A stretch of DNA of 60,408 nucleotides, the filler included, from Pirum gemmata (Eukaryota), in assembly GCA_002812295.1 (NCBI GenBank). It is 8 parts of 8 records of this genome, joined end to end, with 100 filler letters (N's around TTAATTAATTAA, not from the genome) between each part and the next. Parts side by side here need not be neighbours in the genome. Positions count along the whole stretch, not along the records: positions 45,129 to 52,518 come from PDIN01000148.1; positions 52,619 to 60,408 come from PDIN01000149.1; 6 more parts are not named here. One strand, written 5' to 3'. Positions 47,623 to 59,483 of the stretch are shown piece by piece. The position numbers and the translations under genes are program-made. The first letter of the stretch is position 1, and each line of letters opens with the position of its first letter. Under the pieces are notes generated by a model. That model was not told the origin of the DNA. It saw nothing but the letters and a program-made list of their open reading frames with translations, and did not search any database.

Positions 47623-49851
47623 ATGCTTTTTACAACATCGTTTAGACGTGTAACAACACTAACTACACTTTATAAGAATAATAATTCTATAATGAAAACA
47701 GTTGAACATCAAAGTTCACAGCAGCTACGAATACAACAAACATCAATCTTGCGTTATAATTTTTGTACTGTTACAGAAACTAATGATAAGAAAAACCAGA
47801 GTACGCTTAAAAAGAAAAAAGCAACTATAAAAACTAAACGAGATAAAACACGTGATCAAATGTATCACCAAGAAGTTTTAAATAAATTTGAAAGAAAACA
47901 GCGAATGAATAATGAAAGTGAAGGTATGGAAGCCCGTAATCTTTCTGAGATTATTTCACTACAAGCATACACCAAAGCTTTTGAATCATACATCCATACT
48001 AAACAATCCGAAGCAGCTTTTAATTTATACAAGAAAATAGTTCCATTAGTAAGTCGTAAAGAATCTCGTAATCATTTTCATCAATTATTAAAAATGTATA
48101 TGCTTATTAATTTTAAACAAGGCTTAGCATTGTATGAACAATTGGTTACAATAGATAAAAAGATTACACCTAACTTGCGCACTTATAATATTATGATTGA
48201 TGGTATGGCAAAAAATTCAAACATGGAGGTTTGCCTTCGATTATTCAATGAAATGCGAAGTAAAGAAATCACCCCTGATTTGTACACTTATACTAGTTTA
48301 GTGTATGGTTTTTGTAAACATAATGAACCTCAAAAAGCTATTACCTATTTTAATGAAATGAAAACGCAAGGAATCGAACCCAATTTGGTTACTTATACCT
48401 GTTTGATGGATGGATTAACAAAAAACGATAGAATCAAAGAAAGCATACAATATTTTAAGGAAATGCAAGAAGTTGGACTTAACCCTGATGTGTACGCTTA
48501 TAGTACTTTAATCACAGCTTGCTGTAATAAAGGTACCGTTGAAGTTGACGAGGGAATAAATTATTTCAAGGAAATGCAACAAAAAGGAATACAGCCTAAT
48601 GTTGTTATTTACACATCGTTAATACAAGGTCTAGCTGCGAATCATCGCTTAGATGAAGTTGATTTTTATCTTCAAGAAATGAAACAAAAGGGAATACAAC
48701 AAGACACTTGGATTTTCAAAAGTCTTATCGAGTGTTTTTGTAAAGCAGATCGTTTTGAACAAAGTCTTGATTACTATCGTAGAATGCGAGATTTAGGTTT
48801 TCATCCTGACGTCCATGTTTATAATAATTTAATAGGTTGCAGTACTCGTACTGGCCACCTTAATGTAGGCTTAAGGTTATATAACAAAATGCAAAAGTTT
48901 GTTAAACCGAATTATTTAACATATACTAAGTTGATTGTTGGTTTGTGTGAAAGTAATCGTATTAGTGAAGCTGTACAATTGTACGAAACGCAAAAGGCGT
49001 GCAGATATTATACTCAACCTACTTATTTAACTTACAAAGCTCTTATACAAGCATATGCTAAACAAAATGATTCAGTTAAGAGTTTACAATATTATAACGA
49101 AATGTTAGGAAAAAAAATTAACCCAACAGACGACTTATTACAGACGTTGATTGCAGTTTGTAGTAATTATACAGATTGTGTTCATTTTTTTAAGGAAATG
49201 AAACAGTACAATATAACACCGACTTTAGAAGATTATCGTTGTCTGGTTAAAGTTTGTTTGAAAAGCGACAACTGGGCTGCTGCAATCGTTTATTTTTTAG
49301 AACTAAAAAATGAAGGGCTTTTTCCTGATTTGGACTTGTACAATACTCTTATTATCGTGTTTGGAAAACAAAGAAAATTAGAAAAAAGTGTCCAACTTTA
49401 TAATGAAATGCAAGAAAAGGGGGTTAGTCCTAATACTACAACGTACACTAACCTTGTTGCTTGTTGTAAAAAAGTGGGCAATATCGATGCTATGCAATAT
49501 TATTTTACTGAATTATTAGAAAATCAGTTGATACCTTCTACTGAAACTTATAATGTGTTAATTGATGGATTAGGTAAAGCTGGTAAATTAGTAGAGTGTG
49601 TTGGTTACCTTAACGATATGAAAGCTCGCCATGTCCATCGTGATCACCGTACTTACAATATTTTAATCGAACGGTGTAGCGAACATGATTATTTCGATGA
49701 AAGCGTGAAATATTTTGAAAGAATGAAAGAAGAAGATCTTTTTCCTAACAAACATAATTACAAAACAATCATTGCAGTTTGTGAACGTCATAATAATGAA
49801 ACTTTGAAGACGAAGTATGAAAAGGAATACGACATGCAAAAAGGTCTATAA
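47623..49851 (+). CDS. P-class pentatricopeptide repeat protein, intronless, probable mitochondrial presequence
   Basis: 742-aa ORF with about 16 tandem 35-aa PPR motifs (e.g. PDLYTYTSLVYGFCKHNEPQKAITYFNEMKTQGIE) and an R/T/S-rich, acid-free N-terminus. Confidence 0.95.
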   Translation: MLFTTSFRRVTTLTTLYKNNNSIMKTVEHQSSQQLRIQQTSILRYNFCTVTETNDKKNQSTLKKKKATIKTKRDKTRDQMYHQEVLNKFERKQRMNNESEGMEARNLSEIISLQAYTKAFESYIHTKQSEAAFNLYKKIVPLVSRKESRNHFHQLLKMYMLINFKQGLALYEQLVTIDKKITPNLRTYNIMIDGMAKNSNMEVCLRLFNEMRSKEITPDLYTYTSLVYGFCKHNEPQKAITYFNEMKTQGIEPNLVTYTCLMDGLTKNDRIKESIQYFKEMQEVGLNPDVYAYSTLITACCNKGTVEVDEGINYFKEMQQKGIQPNVVIYTSLIQGLAANHRLDEVDFYLQEMKQKGIQQDTWIFKSLIECFCKADRFEQSLDYYRRMRDLGFHPDVHVYNNLIGCSTRTGHLNVGLRLYNKMQKFVKPNYLTYTKLIVGLCESNRISEAVQLYETQKACRYYTQPTYLTYKALIQAYAKQNDSVKSLQYYNEMLGKKINPTDDLLQTLIAVCSNYTDCVHFFKEMKQYNITPTLEDYRCLVKVCLKSDNWAAAIVYFLELKNEGLFPDLDLYNTLIIVFGKQRKLEKSVQLYNEMQEKGVSPNTTTYTNLVACCKKVGNIDAMQYYFTELLENQLIPSTETYNVLIDGLGKAGKLVECVGYLNDMKARHVHRDHRTYNILIERCSEHDYFDESVKYFERMKEEDLFPNKHNYKTIIAVCERHNNETLKTKYEKEYDMQKGL

Positions 49852-50969
49852 GGGTCGGGGTTAGGGTTAGGGTTAAGGTTATAACGTTAGGGTTAGGGTT
49901 AGGCTCAGGTTAGGGTTAGGGTTAGGGTTAGGGTTAGGGTTAGGGTTAGGGTTAGGGTTTGGGTTAGGGTTAGGGTTAAGGTTACCCTAGCGCCATCAGT
50001 AATGCATTTTCTCAAGCAATGGCAATTTTACCATTTTACAAAGGTTTAGAGTTAGGGTTAGGGTTAGGGTTAGGGTTAGGGTTAGGGTTAGGGTTAAGGT
50101 TAGGGTAATGTTAGAGTTAGGGATATAATTAGGGTTAGGATAATACGGAAGTAATAACCATTGACGTCGATGTTAATGCTAATATGTAGTTAATTGATAT
50201 TATGAAAATAATTGATATAATGTTTAAAGAAGAGCTCTATTTTCTGTCACATTATTTGCGTAAATTGGCCTTGGTCTATTTATTAATTTTTTTTTGAAAA
50301 AATAAAAAAATACAATAATTAAATACACCCAAATTTCTAAACCCTAACCCTAACAACCCTAACCCTAACCCCAACAACCCTAACCCTACCCCAATTCTAA
50401 CATTGTCACTTATTTAATAATTCATAACCCTAACCCTGCCAACCCTGACTGTAACGTTAACCCTAGCCCAATTCTAACATTGACCCGGCCCTTATTTAAT
50501 AATTTATAACCCTAACCCTACAACCATAACTGTAACCCGAACTCAATTCTAACATTCCCTTACTTAATAATATATAACCCTATAACCCAAACTCTTAACT
50601 CTAATAACTCTAACCATTCTATCCTCACTACTACAGAATCGTCATCGTTTTCAATTTCTAATTTATAGACTATATATTTTACATCATAATGATGTATAAT
50701 TAACATGAGTTACATAATTTTAAAAAATGAAATGTAAAGCTTCACTATTACGTATACTATATTTTTTATTTTATCTGTTTATTACTGTATATAATGTAAA
50801 TAATACAATTTTGGTCTATATATATAATTTTTGAGTTGATTATATTGTTAATAAAAACTTATACCAATAGATGCCATACAATAGCTTAACCCAATACTTA
50901 TATCCATTATTACTATTATTTTTTAAAAAAATATTAATATAATTATTTTTTAAATTTTACAAAACAAAT

Positions 50970-51003
<34 letters not shown>

Positions 51004-51082
51004 TGTTTTCATATTATATTTTCAACTTTTTCATTCATTCTATCCCAGTACTCTTAAACTCTTAAGTTTTTTTCACTTTGTA

Positions 51083-52496
51083 TTATCTCCAGTCTCTCAC
51101 ATAAATCTTTAAACCTGGGTTAGGATTAAGGTTAGGGTTAGGGTTAGGGTTAGGGTTATGGTTAGCCCTGGGCAACTTGAATCGAACTCACCTGCTGCGG
51201 CTTTAGAATCAGAAGAAACACATTTGGTATACCAGTTACCATTGTTTTCCCAATTTTTGTTTAATTTTTTTAATCCATGACAACAGCCCGCGACTCCAGG
51301 AGCGGAAGGGACTTCGTTTTCACCTGCACATTTTGTTATTGATGATGATGATGTTGCTGTTGTTGTTGTTGCTATTGCTGTTAATGTTGCTGTTATAGGT
51401 GCAGTTATTGTGGTTGCTATTGCTAAAACATTTCTACTACAACGTTCTATTCCATCTGCTCCAGTTACACCAACTAATCCTTCACAGCATTGTTTGTTTG
51501 GGGTTTTACTTATATCCTGTCCTACACACTTATCGTACTTATGGTAACTTAGATTAGGTTCGCAAGCATCTACATGTAAGTCAAAATCTCCAATCTTTGT
51601 ATCAAAAAGATGCTCTCCTTTGGAGGTTTTTGCACGGTAAAGATAACCACGGTACAAATTTTCTAAAACCAATTGGTTACCATATTCAATCGAACCTTTA
51701 AATTCAGCTTTTCCATCAAAATTAATCCAATATAAATTAATAGAGCCAACAGAGTTTTCAAAAGCATTGTTGTTACAGTTGTTTTTTACCCGTAATCTTC
51801 TCTTTGTTAAGTCTATAACCAAGGGATCTGGTTTTATTAATTAATACAATGTCATGTAAATATATATAAAAAGAGAAATTTCAGCGTTATAATTTGTGAT
51901 TCCCTATTACTTTTTAACACGTGTACGATTCTTCTTTTTTTATAAAAAAAATCAAAAACAAAATCAATCTCATACTCGCATCCGTATCCAAACCCTTACC
52001 CTAACCCTAAGCCTAAATTTTACTTTAACCTTAACCTTGACCCTGACCTTTAAATTTACCTTAACCCTAACACTAACACTAACCTTAACCCTAACACTAA
52101 CACTAACCTTAACCCTAACCCATAATGAAACTTACCATTCACGACATCTAGATTTATTTTCACACTTTTTGGCACATCATTGTTATCATTTTCCATTTGT
52201 AATAGATTTTGTACAACTTGAATACAATAAGAGTCAACGGTTTCAAGTTGTGTTCGTGTTGTTGGGAAAAAATCGTTCATTCCAAAATACGCTTCCATAC
52301 ATTCAGCAAAATATTCATTTTTATCGGTGGTTGCATAATGTTTTTGGTTAGTATCATAACTATACTTGTAAAAGCCATTGGTAGTAGTAACAACTTTTAT
52401 TTTTAAAGTGTCTTTGTAAAATGGTAAAGTTGCCGTTGCTTGAGTAAATGCATTACTGATGACACTAGGGTAGCCCATATAATGTTCAAGAGCATG
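51083..52496 (-). CDS. 3' part of a zinc metallopeptidase + VHL-beta-like domain + two Cys-knot-like modules; exons 52496-52136, 51827-51192, probable 51114-51083
   Basis: The exon starts HALEHY (probable last His of HExxH, with the rest lost at the gap) and contains YATTDKNEYFAECMEAYFGMNDFFP. INLYWINFDGKAEFKGSIEYG is VHL-beta-like. Two C..CC.GL..C modules are separated by a Thr-rich linker. Confidence 0.7.
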
Positions 52497-54723
52497 CTAA
52501 AAAAAAAAAAAAATGATANNNNNNNNNNNNNNNNNNNNNNNNNNNNNNNNNNNNNNNNNNNNTTAATTAATTAANNNNNNNNNNNNNNNNNNNNNNNNNN
52601 NNNNNNNNNNNNNNNNNNATTATTATTATTATTAGTCATTAAAATTGGATCATTTTGAGATTTTTTTGGATTTTTTTTATAACAAGTTCTGCAATAACAC
52701 ACTTTTTTTTAATTTTAAAAAAAAAACAGTCTCAAATTAAAGATTGAGAGGAAAACTGTAATGAAATAGATAATAATCTGTCAATAGAGCAGTAGCGATG
52801 GGGAAAATGCGAAATCCTAACCCTAACCCTAACAACACCAAATTTTGATGGAAGTTTCTTTTTTTTTTTTTTTTTTTTTTTTTTNNNNNNNNNNNNNNNN
52901 NNNNNNNNNNCTATGCCTCTACCCATGCGTTTTTGAAAAAACCAGAAAATTTTATGAAAATACACATTCTACAGCTAACTAGGAGTTAACTAACTCCAGT
53001 TACTCCACCAGTTAGTGCCAGTAAAAAACTCTGTTTTGGCTTTTTCTGGACAACTCGACTACAACTCGGTTGCTGGGCTGAGATCGTAGGAATGCATTTG
53101 ATGTTTGAGTCACCACAAGTTGGTCCACAACCAGTGAGAATTCTTTCTGACACTAATCCATCTGTGATCATTTGATCAATGATCATACAGACTCATACAG
53201 ACTATCGTCACTATCCTGATGAATTTTAATTTTAAAATACCTACTAGCTAGTAGTAGCTATTCACATGAGGCTATTCATAGTAAAATAATACTACTAGAG
53301 AACTACTACTAGAGACTACTACTAGCTGTTTTACCAATCAAAAACTAAGCGAAAATAACGAGAAAAAAAAACAAAAAAAATTATAAATAGCTAGGGTTGA
53401 AAAAAGAAGAAAAATAGTATTTTCTTTTTTTCGTTAATTTTGAGTTTAGTAATTGATTAATTAAAAGGTGATTGTAATAAATATTATTATATTAATGTTG
53501 TGTGTAGTAGTAATAGTAGTAGTTATATTTATATCTGATAGTGTGTTTTCTTTTTAGTGTATGATTATGATTTATATTGTGTTTTTCCTCACCCACCCAC
53601 CTTTATTTACTCTGTTGAATTTATTCTGTTGGAATCATGTCAGGGAAGGGGGGGGGGGGTGTTAACCCCATCCTCTGTCCAGTTTAAAATAAGCTGACAA
53701 CTTTAGACAGAGTTAGGGTAGGTAGTTTACAAGTAATTACCAATTTACCATCAGGAAACAGGAACCAGTTGACACATTTCTGTGTGAGGAGCTTTTGAGG
53801 TATATGCGATTTTATTTTTTAAAAAACAAACAGCTTAGCCGGATAAAACTGTAGAAATCTTTTTTTTTTTTTTTAGACTTCTTTCTAACAACCTTATATT
53901 TTAAAAAATGCTATTAAACTAGCCAAAATAATTTTAAAAACTAGCCATTGGTTCACAATAGATTTCTCAAAATGTTTGGTAGTATGTATGTTTATTTTTT
54001 AAAAAAAATTGGATTATTTTGAGATTTTTTGAGCTCATTTTTATCCGGTTTGGTAGACTATCATATTATCGTAGGAAAAAAAAATAAAAAATAAAAAATA
54101 AAAATAAAAATAATAAAAACTCCTCTTAGAAAACATACAAAAACAGTATTTTCTTTTTATTGCTTTTCTTGTTTTTTCTTTTCTTGAGTTGTACCGGTAT
54201 GGCTCCTATTCTACAGATTCTACTCATTCTAACTACTTGTAAACTAGCATAACAGCCTAACTAATATTTCTAAAATTCCACAGAAAAAATTAAGAAATTG
54301 TAAAGTGACTTACTTTGTAAAGACACCAATTCCACAGAAAAAATTAAGAAATTGTAAAGTGACTTACTTTGTAAAGACACCAAGTCTTCGACTACGCAGA
54401 CTAAGTTAGTAACAAATCGACAATCGACAATGGCTACTGGCTAGAATGTTACTAGGCTAGCTCCTATTCTACTTATTCTAACTACTGTAACTACTACTTC
54501 TAAATTAAAATACCCCAGAATCAATTAAGAAGTTTTTTAAAAAGACACCAAGTCTTGACAACGTTAACGTAGACTAAAGTAGTAGCAAATCGACCACGGT
54601 TTATTCATTATATTACTCCAGCTTGATAATTGTAGTGCTATGTAGTCACTACATCACACCAATGTATAATATATATTTATAATAAATACATATATAGCAT
54701 TATGTTATATAACTACTATACCT

Positions 54724-54785
<62 letters not shown>

Positions 54786-54796
54786 TCTACTATAGT

Positions 54797-54843
<47 letters not shown>

Positions 54844-54876
54844 GCACCTCTACTACTACTACTACTTCTATCATGG

Positions 54877-54977
<101 letters not shown>

Positions 54978-55054
54978 NTTTTTTTTTTTTTTTATTATTA
55001 CACCCAATGGTAGCTCGATAAATAATAATAATAATAAAAAGAAGGAGCATAGTA

Positions 55055-55285
55055 GGAGCATCCAAAGTCCAAACTAATCTATTTCCATATTTAGTTTCTT
55101 TGGACTTTTTTCACCTCCTTTTCTTTTTGCTTGCAGGCTCCAGTTTTGTTAGAATGTCTGAATGTGGGCTGATGTCGAGTATGATACTAAGTATGATATT
55201 TAATATTACTCAATGGTATTTGCCTATAATTACCCTTACTATTTTGTAGGTATATAAATAAGGCCAAAATTTCCTGCTCATTCAC
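55055..55285 (+). promoter_or_regulatory. Upstream block conserved between the two tandem paralogs, with TATA box (55251-55258; paralog 59268-59275)
   Basis: GGAGCATCCAAAGTCCAAACTA...TATATAAATAAGGCCAAAATTTCCTG is shared with ~59088-59305. Confidence 0.5.
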
Positions 55286-55485
55286 TAAAAAAAAAAAACA
55301 AAAAAAAAACAAACAAACAAACAAACAAACAAATAAACAAATAAAAAATTATAATATTTTTTTAAAATATATTTATAATAAAAATAAAAATATAATATAT
55401 TCCATAAAATAAAATAGGTAAACAAATAAAATTAATAAATAAAATTAATAACTACAAAAAAAAAAAAATAATAAAATAAAAAAAA

Positions 55486-56448
55486 ATGATGTATTCAAAT
55501 GTTGCTGTATTACTTGCTGTAGCGGCTTGCACAGTGTCTGCTATACCCACCGACACAATAAATGAAAAATGTTTTGAAAATTACCAAGGAAATGAGTACT
55601 TGATTGGTGAATGTATAGCTGCACACAATGGATCACCTCTTGAATTGGAACCATGCATGGGAAGGTCAATGCTAGCATGCAATCAAAATATAGCCGATGG
55701 ACCTCAAGCCAGGTGTACTTATGATTTTAACACTGACACGTGCAAAGCTGATACACCAATCGAAGCTCAAATCGATGGTCTTTGTAATGCCAGATGTACT
55801 AATATTTTTCAAGGTAATGAAGAACGTATTAGCTATTGTATGACTGAATGTAAAGGTACTAACTCGGTCGTCGACAAAGTAAATGAAAAATGTTTTAAAG
55901 ATTACCAAGGAAATGAATTCTTGATTGGTGAATGTATAGCTGCACACAAAGGATCACCTCTTCAATTGGAACCATGTATGGGAAAGTCAATAGTAGGATG
56001 CAATCAACAGATAGCCGATGCACCTCAAGCCAAGTGTACTTTTGATTTAAACACTAACACGTGTAAAGCTGATACACCAATCGATGCTCAAATCGATGAT
56101 CTTTGTAATGCCAGATGTACTAATATTTTTCAAGGTAATGAAGGACGTATTAGCTATTGTATGACTGAATGCAAAGGTGGCAAAGCTAACTCTGGAACAG
56201 AATGTTCTAAAATGAACGGGAAACCAAATGAGTGTTTGCCTTTTGTTAGTAAAGGTGAATGTCTCCTTGTAGAAAAACAGTGTGTTCAACCGAACTATCC
56301 ACATGTTTCCTGCGGCGGTCATACTGCTAGTAGTTGTGAATGGTGTCCCTATGACCATGTTACTGATATTTTAACAACGGGCCTACAAGCCTCTTCTTTG
56401 TGTAATGGAGATTGTAAATTTAACAATGGTCAATGTGTATCAAAATAA
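55486..56448 (+). CDS. Secreted Cys-rich protein with two 107-aa tandem repeats and a C-terminal VSCGGH..C..CP..CNGDC module; copy 1
   Basis: Intronless 320-aa ORF with signal peptide MMYSNVAVLLAVAACTVSA and a 321-nt internal repeat period. Confidence 0.9.
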   Translation: MMYSNVAVLLAVAACTVSAIPTDTINEKCFENYQGNEYLIGECIAAHNGSPLELEPCMGRSMLACNQNIADGPQARCTYDFNTDTCKADTPIEAQIDGLCNARCTNIFQGNEERISYCMTECKGTNSVVDKVNEKCFKDYQGNEFLIGECIAAHKGSPLQLEPCMGKSIVGCNQQIADAPQAKCTFDLNTNTCKADTPIDAQIDDLCNARCTNIFQGNEGRISYCMTECKGGKANSGTECSKMNGKPNECLPFVSKGECLLVEKQCVQPNYPHVSCGGHTASSCEWCPYDHVTDILTTGLQASSLCNGDCKFNNGQCVSK

Positions 56449-57479
56449 AGCATACTTATAATTTTTAATTATTATTGATTTAATATTATTATTATTATAT
56501 TATGAATTACTATTTATTATTACTTGTAATTGATTAATTATTATTTTATTATTAGTTATTTAAACGAAGATTTGTACTGATTTTTAAATTACAATTTTTA
56601 ATTATTGTTATTATCATTATTATCATTAATGATAATAATAATTATGTATTACTAGTACTATCGATCATTATTACTATTATTACTATTATTATTGTTGTTA
56701 TTGTTATTGTTATTATTATTATTATCATTATTAATAATATTGCCTTTACTATGATAATAGAAAAAACCAACAGTAAGTAATATAATAATTAACAAATAAT
56801 TTATTAACAAAAATTGATGAATATATAATATCAATTATATAATAGATAGGTTGGAATTAGTTACTAAAAACAGACAAGTTGCATTATATATTAATATATT
56901 ATGCTGCTTTGGACACTCAACCAACCTGATACCGGGGAGGACCAACCCAAACCCTAAATCCAAGTACAATGCATGTTTAAAATTAAAACAATAACCTTCA
57001 TAGATATTGGCCCATGTTTTCGTTACAAGTTCTTCGGGCGACTTCGAGATAACCTTCTATAGTTTGTTTTTACTTAAGTAACTTTCAAAACAGAATTGTT
57101 TCGTGTGTAGAATTGTAACTTTAATAATGATAAATAATATATAATATTATACATACATAGTATTATGTATAAAAGTATAAACTAGTATAACATAAGATGA
57201 TATTATGTATAATATGTACTTATGTAGTTGACTACTTTAAAAGTAAGGATATAATAAAAAATATTCAATATAACTACTGTACACAATACATACATAATTA
57301 TTCATCATATGTATAAGTAAGTTCTCTGTTACTAACAGCTGAATTTAATAACTATTTAATATATTTTACTAATTGATGAATTGATTGAACATTCAATTTT
57401 GACTACTGAAAGTAAGGGTAAAGTAAAAAATCTTCAATATTAAATATCTTCACACTCAAGTTTCATAATCTAGATACAT

Positions 57480-58125
57480 ATAAGTAAACATATTCTTACT
57501 TACAGTTTAAACGGAGAGCACTTTTCTAATTATATATTCTTACTTACAGCTGAAACGGAGAACACTTTTCTAATTGATTTTACACTAAGACAGTCCCACA
57601 TTAAAGATTGAGATGACAACTATAATGAAATAGACGAAAATCTGTCCATAGTGCAACTCGTATGATGATAGAATAGCTATCATACCCAGTGAAGCTATTG
57701 GGAAAATGCGAAAGTTTATTTATAATAAAATCCTAATCCTAACCCTAACCCTAACCCTAGCTATTTAAAAAGCCTATTTATAATTTGTTTTGTTTTGTTT
57801 TTTTGTTATTTTCGCTTAGTTTTTGATTGGGATTTAAAAATAAAAGTATCCCATAGTTCTGCATGTAGAAGTAGTAGTAGTAGCTAGTAGTAAACATATC
57901 CTTACTTACAGCTTAAACGGAGAACACTTTTCTAATTGATTATACACTTACTTAAACAGTCCCAAATTAAAGATTGAGATGACAACTATAATGAAATAGA
58001 CAAAAATCTGACCATAGAGTAACTCGTATGATAGAGTAGCAATCATAGTCTACACAATACACTACAGGAGCGATGGGGAAAATGCGAAAGTTTATTTTTA
58101 AAATAAAATCCTAATCCTAACCCTA
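57480..58125 (+). repeat. Local tandem duplication (~360-bp period) containing MITE A ends and short telomeric runs
   Basis: ~57535-57760 matches ~57895-58125. A related segment lies at 52733-52830. Confidence 0.7.
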
Positions 58126-58668
58126 AAACTAACGTAGTGATCACTATATTAATACTTCTACCCTTGAAGTATTGTTTTTAAAAACTATACTTCTACCCCT
58201 ACAAGCCATACTTCTACCCTTGTATTACCCTTACAAGCTATACTTCTTAGAAACCCTGGAAATTGCCCTTTTAAAAGGCTATAAAATATACTTTTATCAT
58301 AGAATTACCCATCGAATTATCGCCATTTTTTTTTTTTTTTTCATTTTATTATTGCCATTTTTATACTATACTACTTTGGTTATTGGCTGGTTCTTCATAA
58401 AGAACATATAGGCTACTAGGGCTAGTAAACTGCTAGTATACGGTTACTATTTTTTAATCCTCAATCATATGATAGACTGGTCCCATGCTCAGAAAACGAG
58501 TCCAAGTTCCCCTTTTAAAGGGAAGAAAAGAAAGAAACATTCAGCCAAAACAGGCCGAAACAGCTACTAGCTAGAGTATGACAGTGGACTGATAGTGTAT
58601 TCATTCCTAGCTAGGTATTCATCTAAGGTATTCATCACGATAATGACGAATCTGACAGTGACTAACTG

Positions 58669-58763
<95 letters not shown>

Positions 58764-59483
58764 TCTACTGCTATAGCTACTATTAATACTTTTATTAATA
58801 CTATAGCTACTACTACTACTACTATTAATACTACTACTACTACTACTACTACTACTATTACTACTACTATCATGTTACTACTATCTGATACTACTACTAC
58901 TACTATAGCTACTACTACTACTACTATTACAGTTGTTTTTATTATTTCATGATACAATAAATACCAATGGTAGACTAGCTCGATAAATAATAATAATAAA
59001 AAAAAACAGGAGCACCCACAGGGAGCACCCACAGGGAGCACCCACCAATGGGCCACCATTGCCCACCACATTCACGAGGGAGCAATGGAGCATCCAAAGT
59101 CCAAACTAGTTTATTTCCATATCTAGCTTCTTTGGACTTTTTGGATCTCCTTTTTGCTTGCAGCCTCCAGTTTTGTTACTATAGATAGTATAGAATGTAA
59201 GTTGATGTCGAGTATGATTTTTTTTTTAAAAAAATATTATTCAATGGTATTTTGCCTATTTTGTATGTATATAAATAAGGCCAAAATTTCCTGTTCTTTC
59301 ACTAAAAAAAAACACAAAACAAACAAACAAACAAACAAACAAAGAAACAAATAATATTTTTTTAATATATTTATAATAAAAATAAAAGATAATATTGTAC
59401 CATAAAATAAAATAAAATAAGGTAAAAGTAAAATTAACAAAAAAAAATAACAAATAAAATTTATAACTGTATATATAAAAAAA

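Noticed and set aside
52911..53190. 66-aa Cys-containing ORF as a gene or transposase piece
   Set aside because: It is GC-richer than its flanks but has no recognisable motif or splice context, so I cannot support a call.
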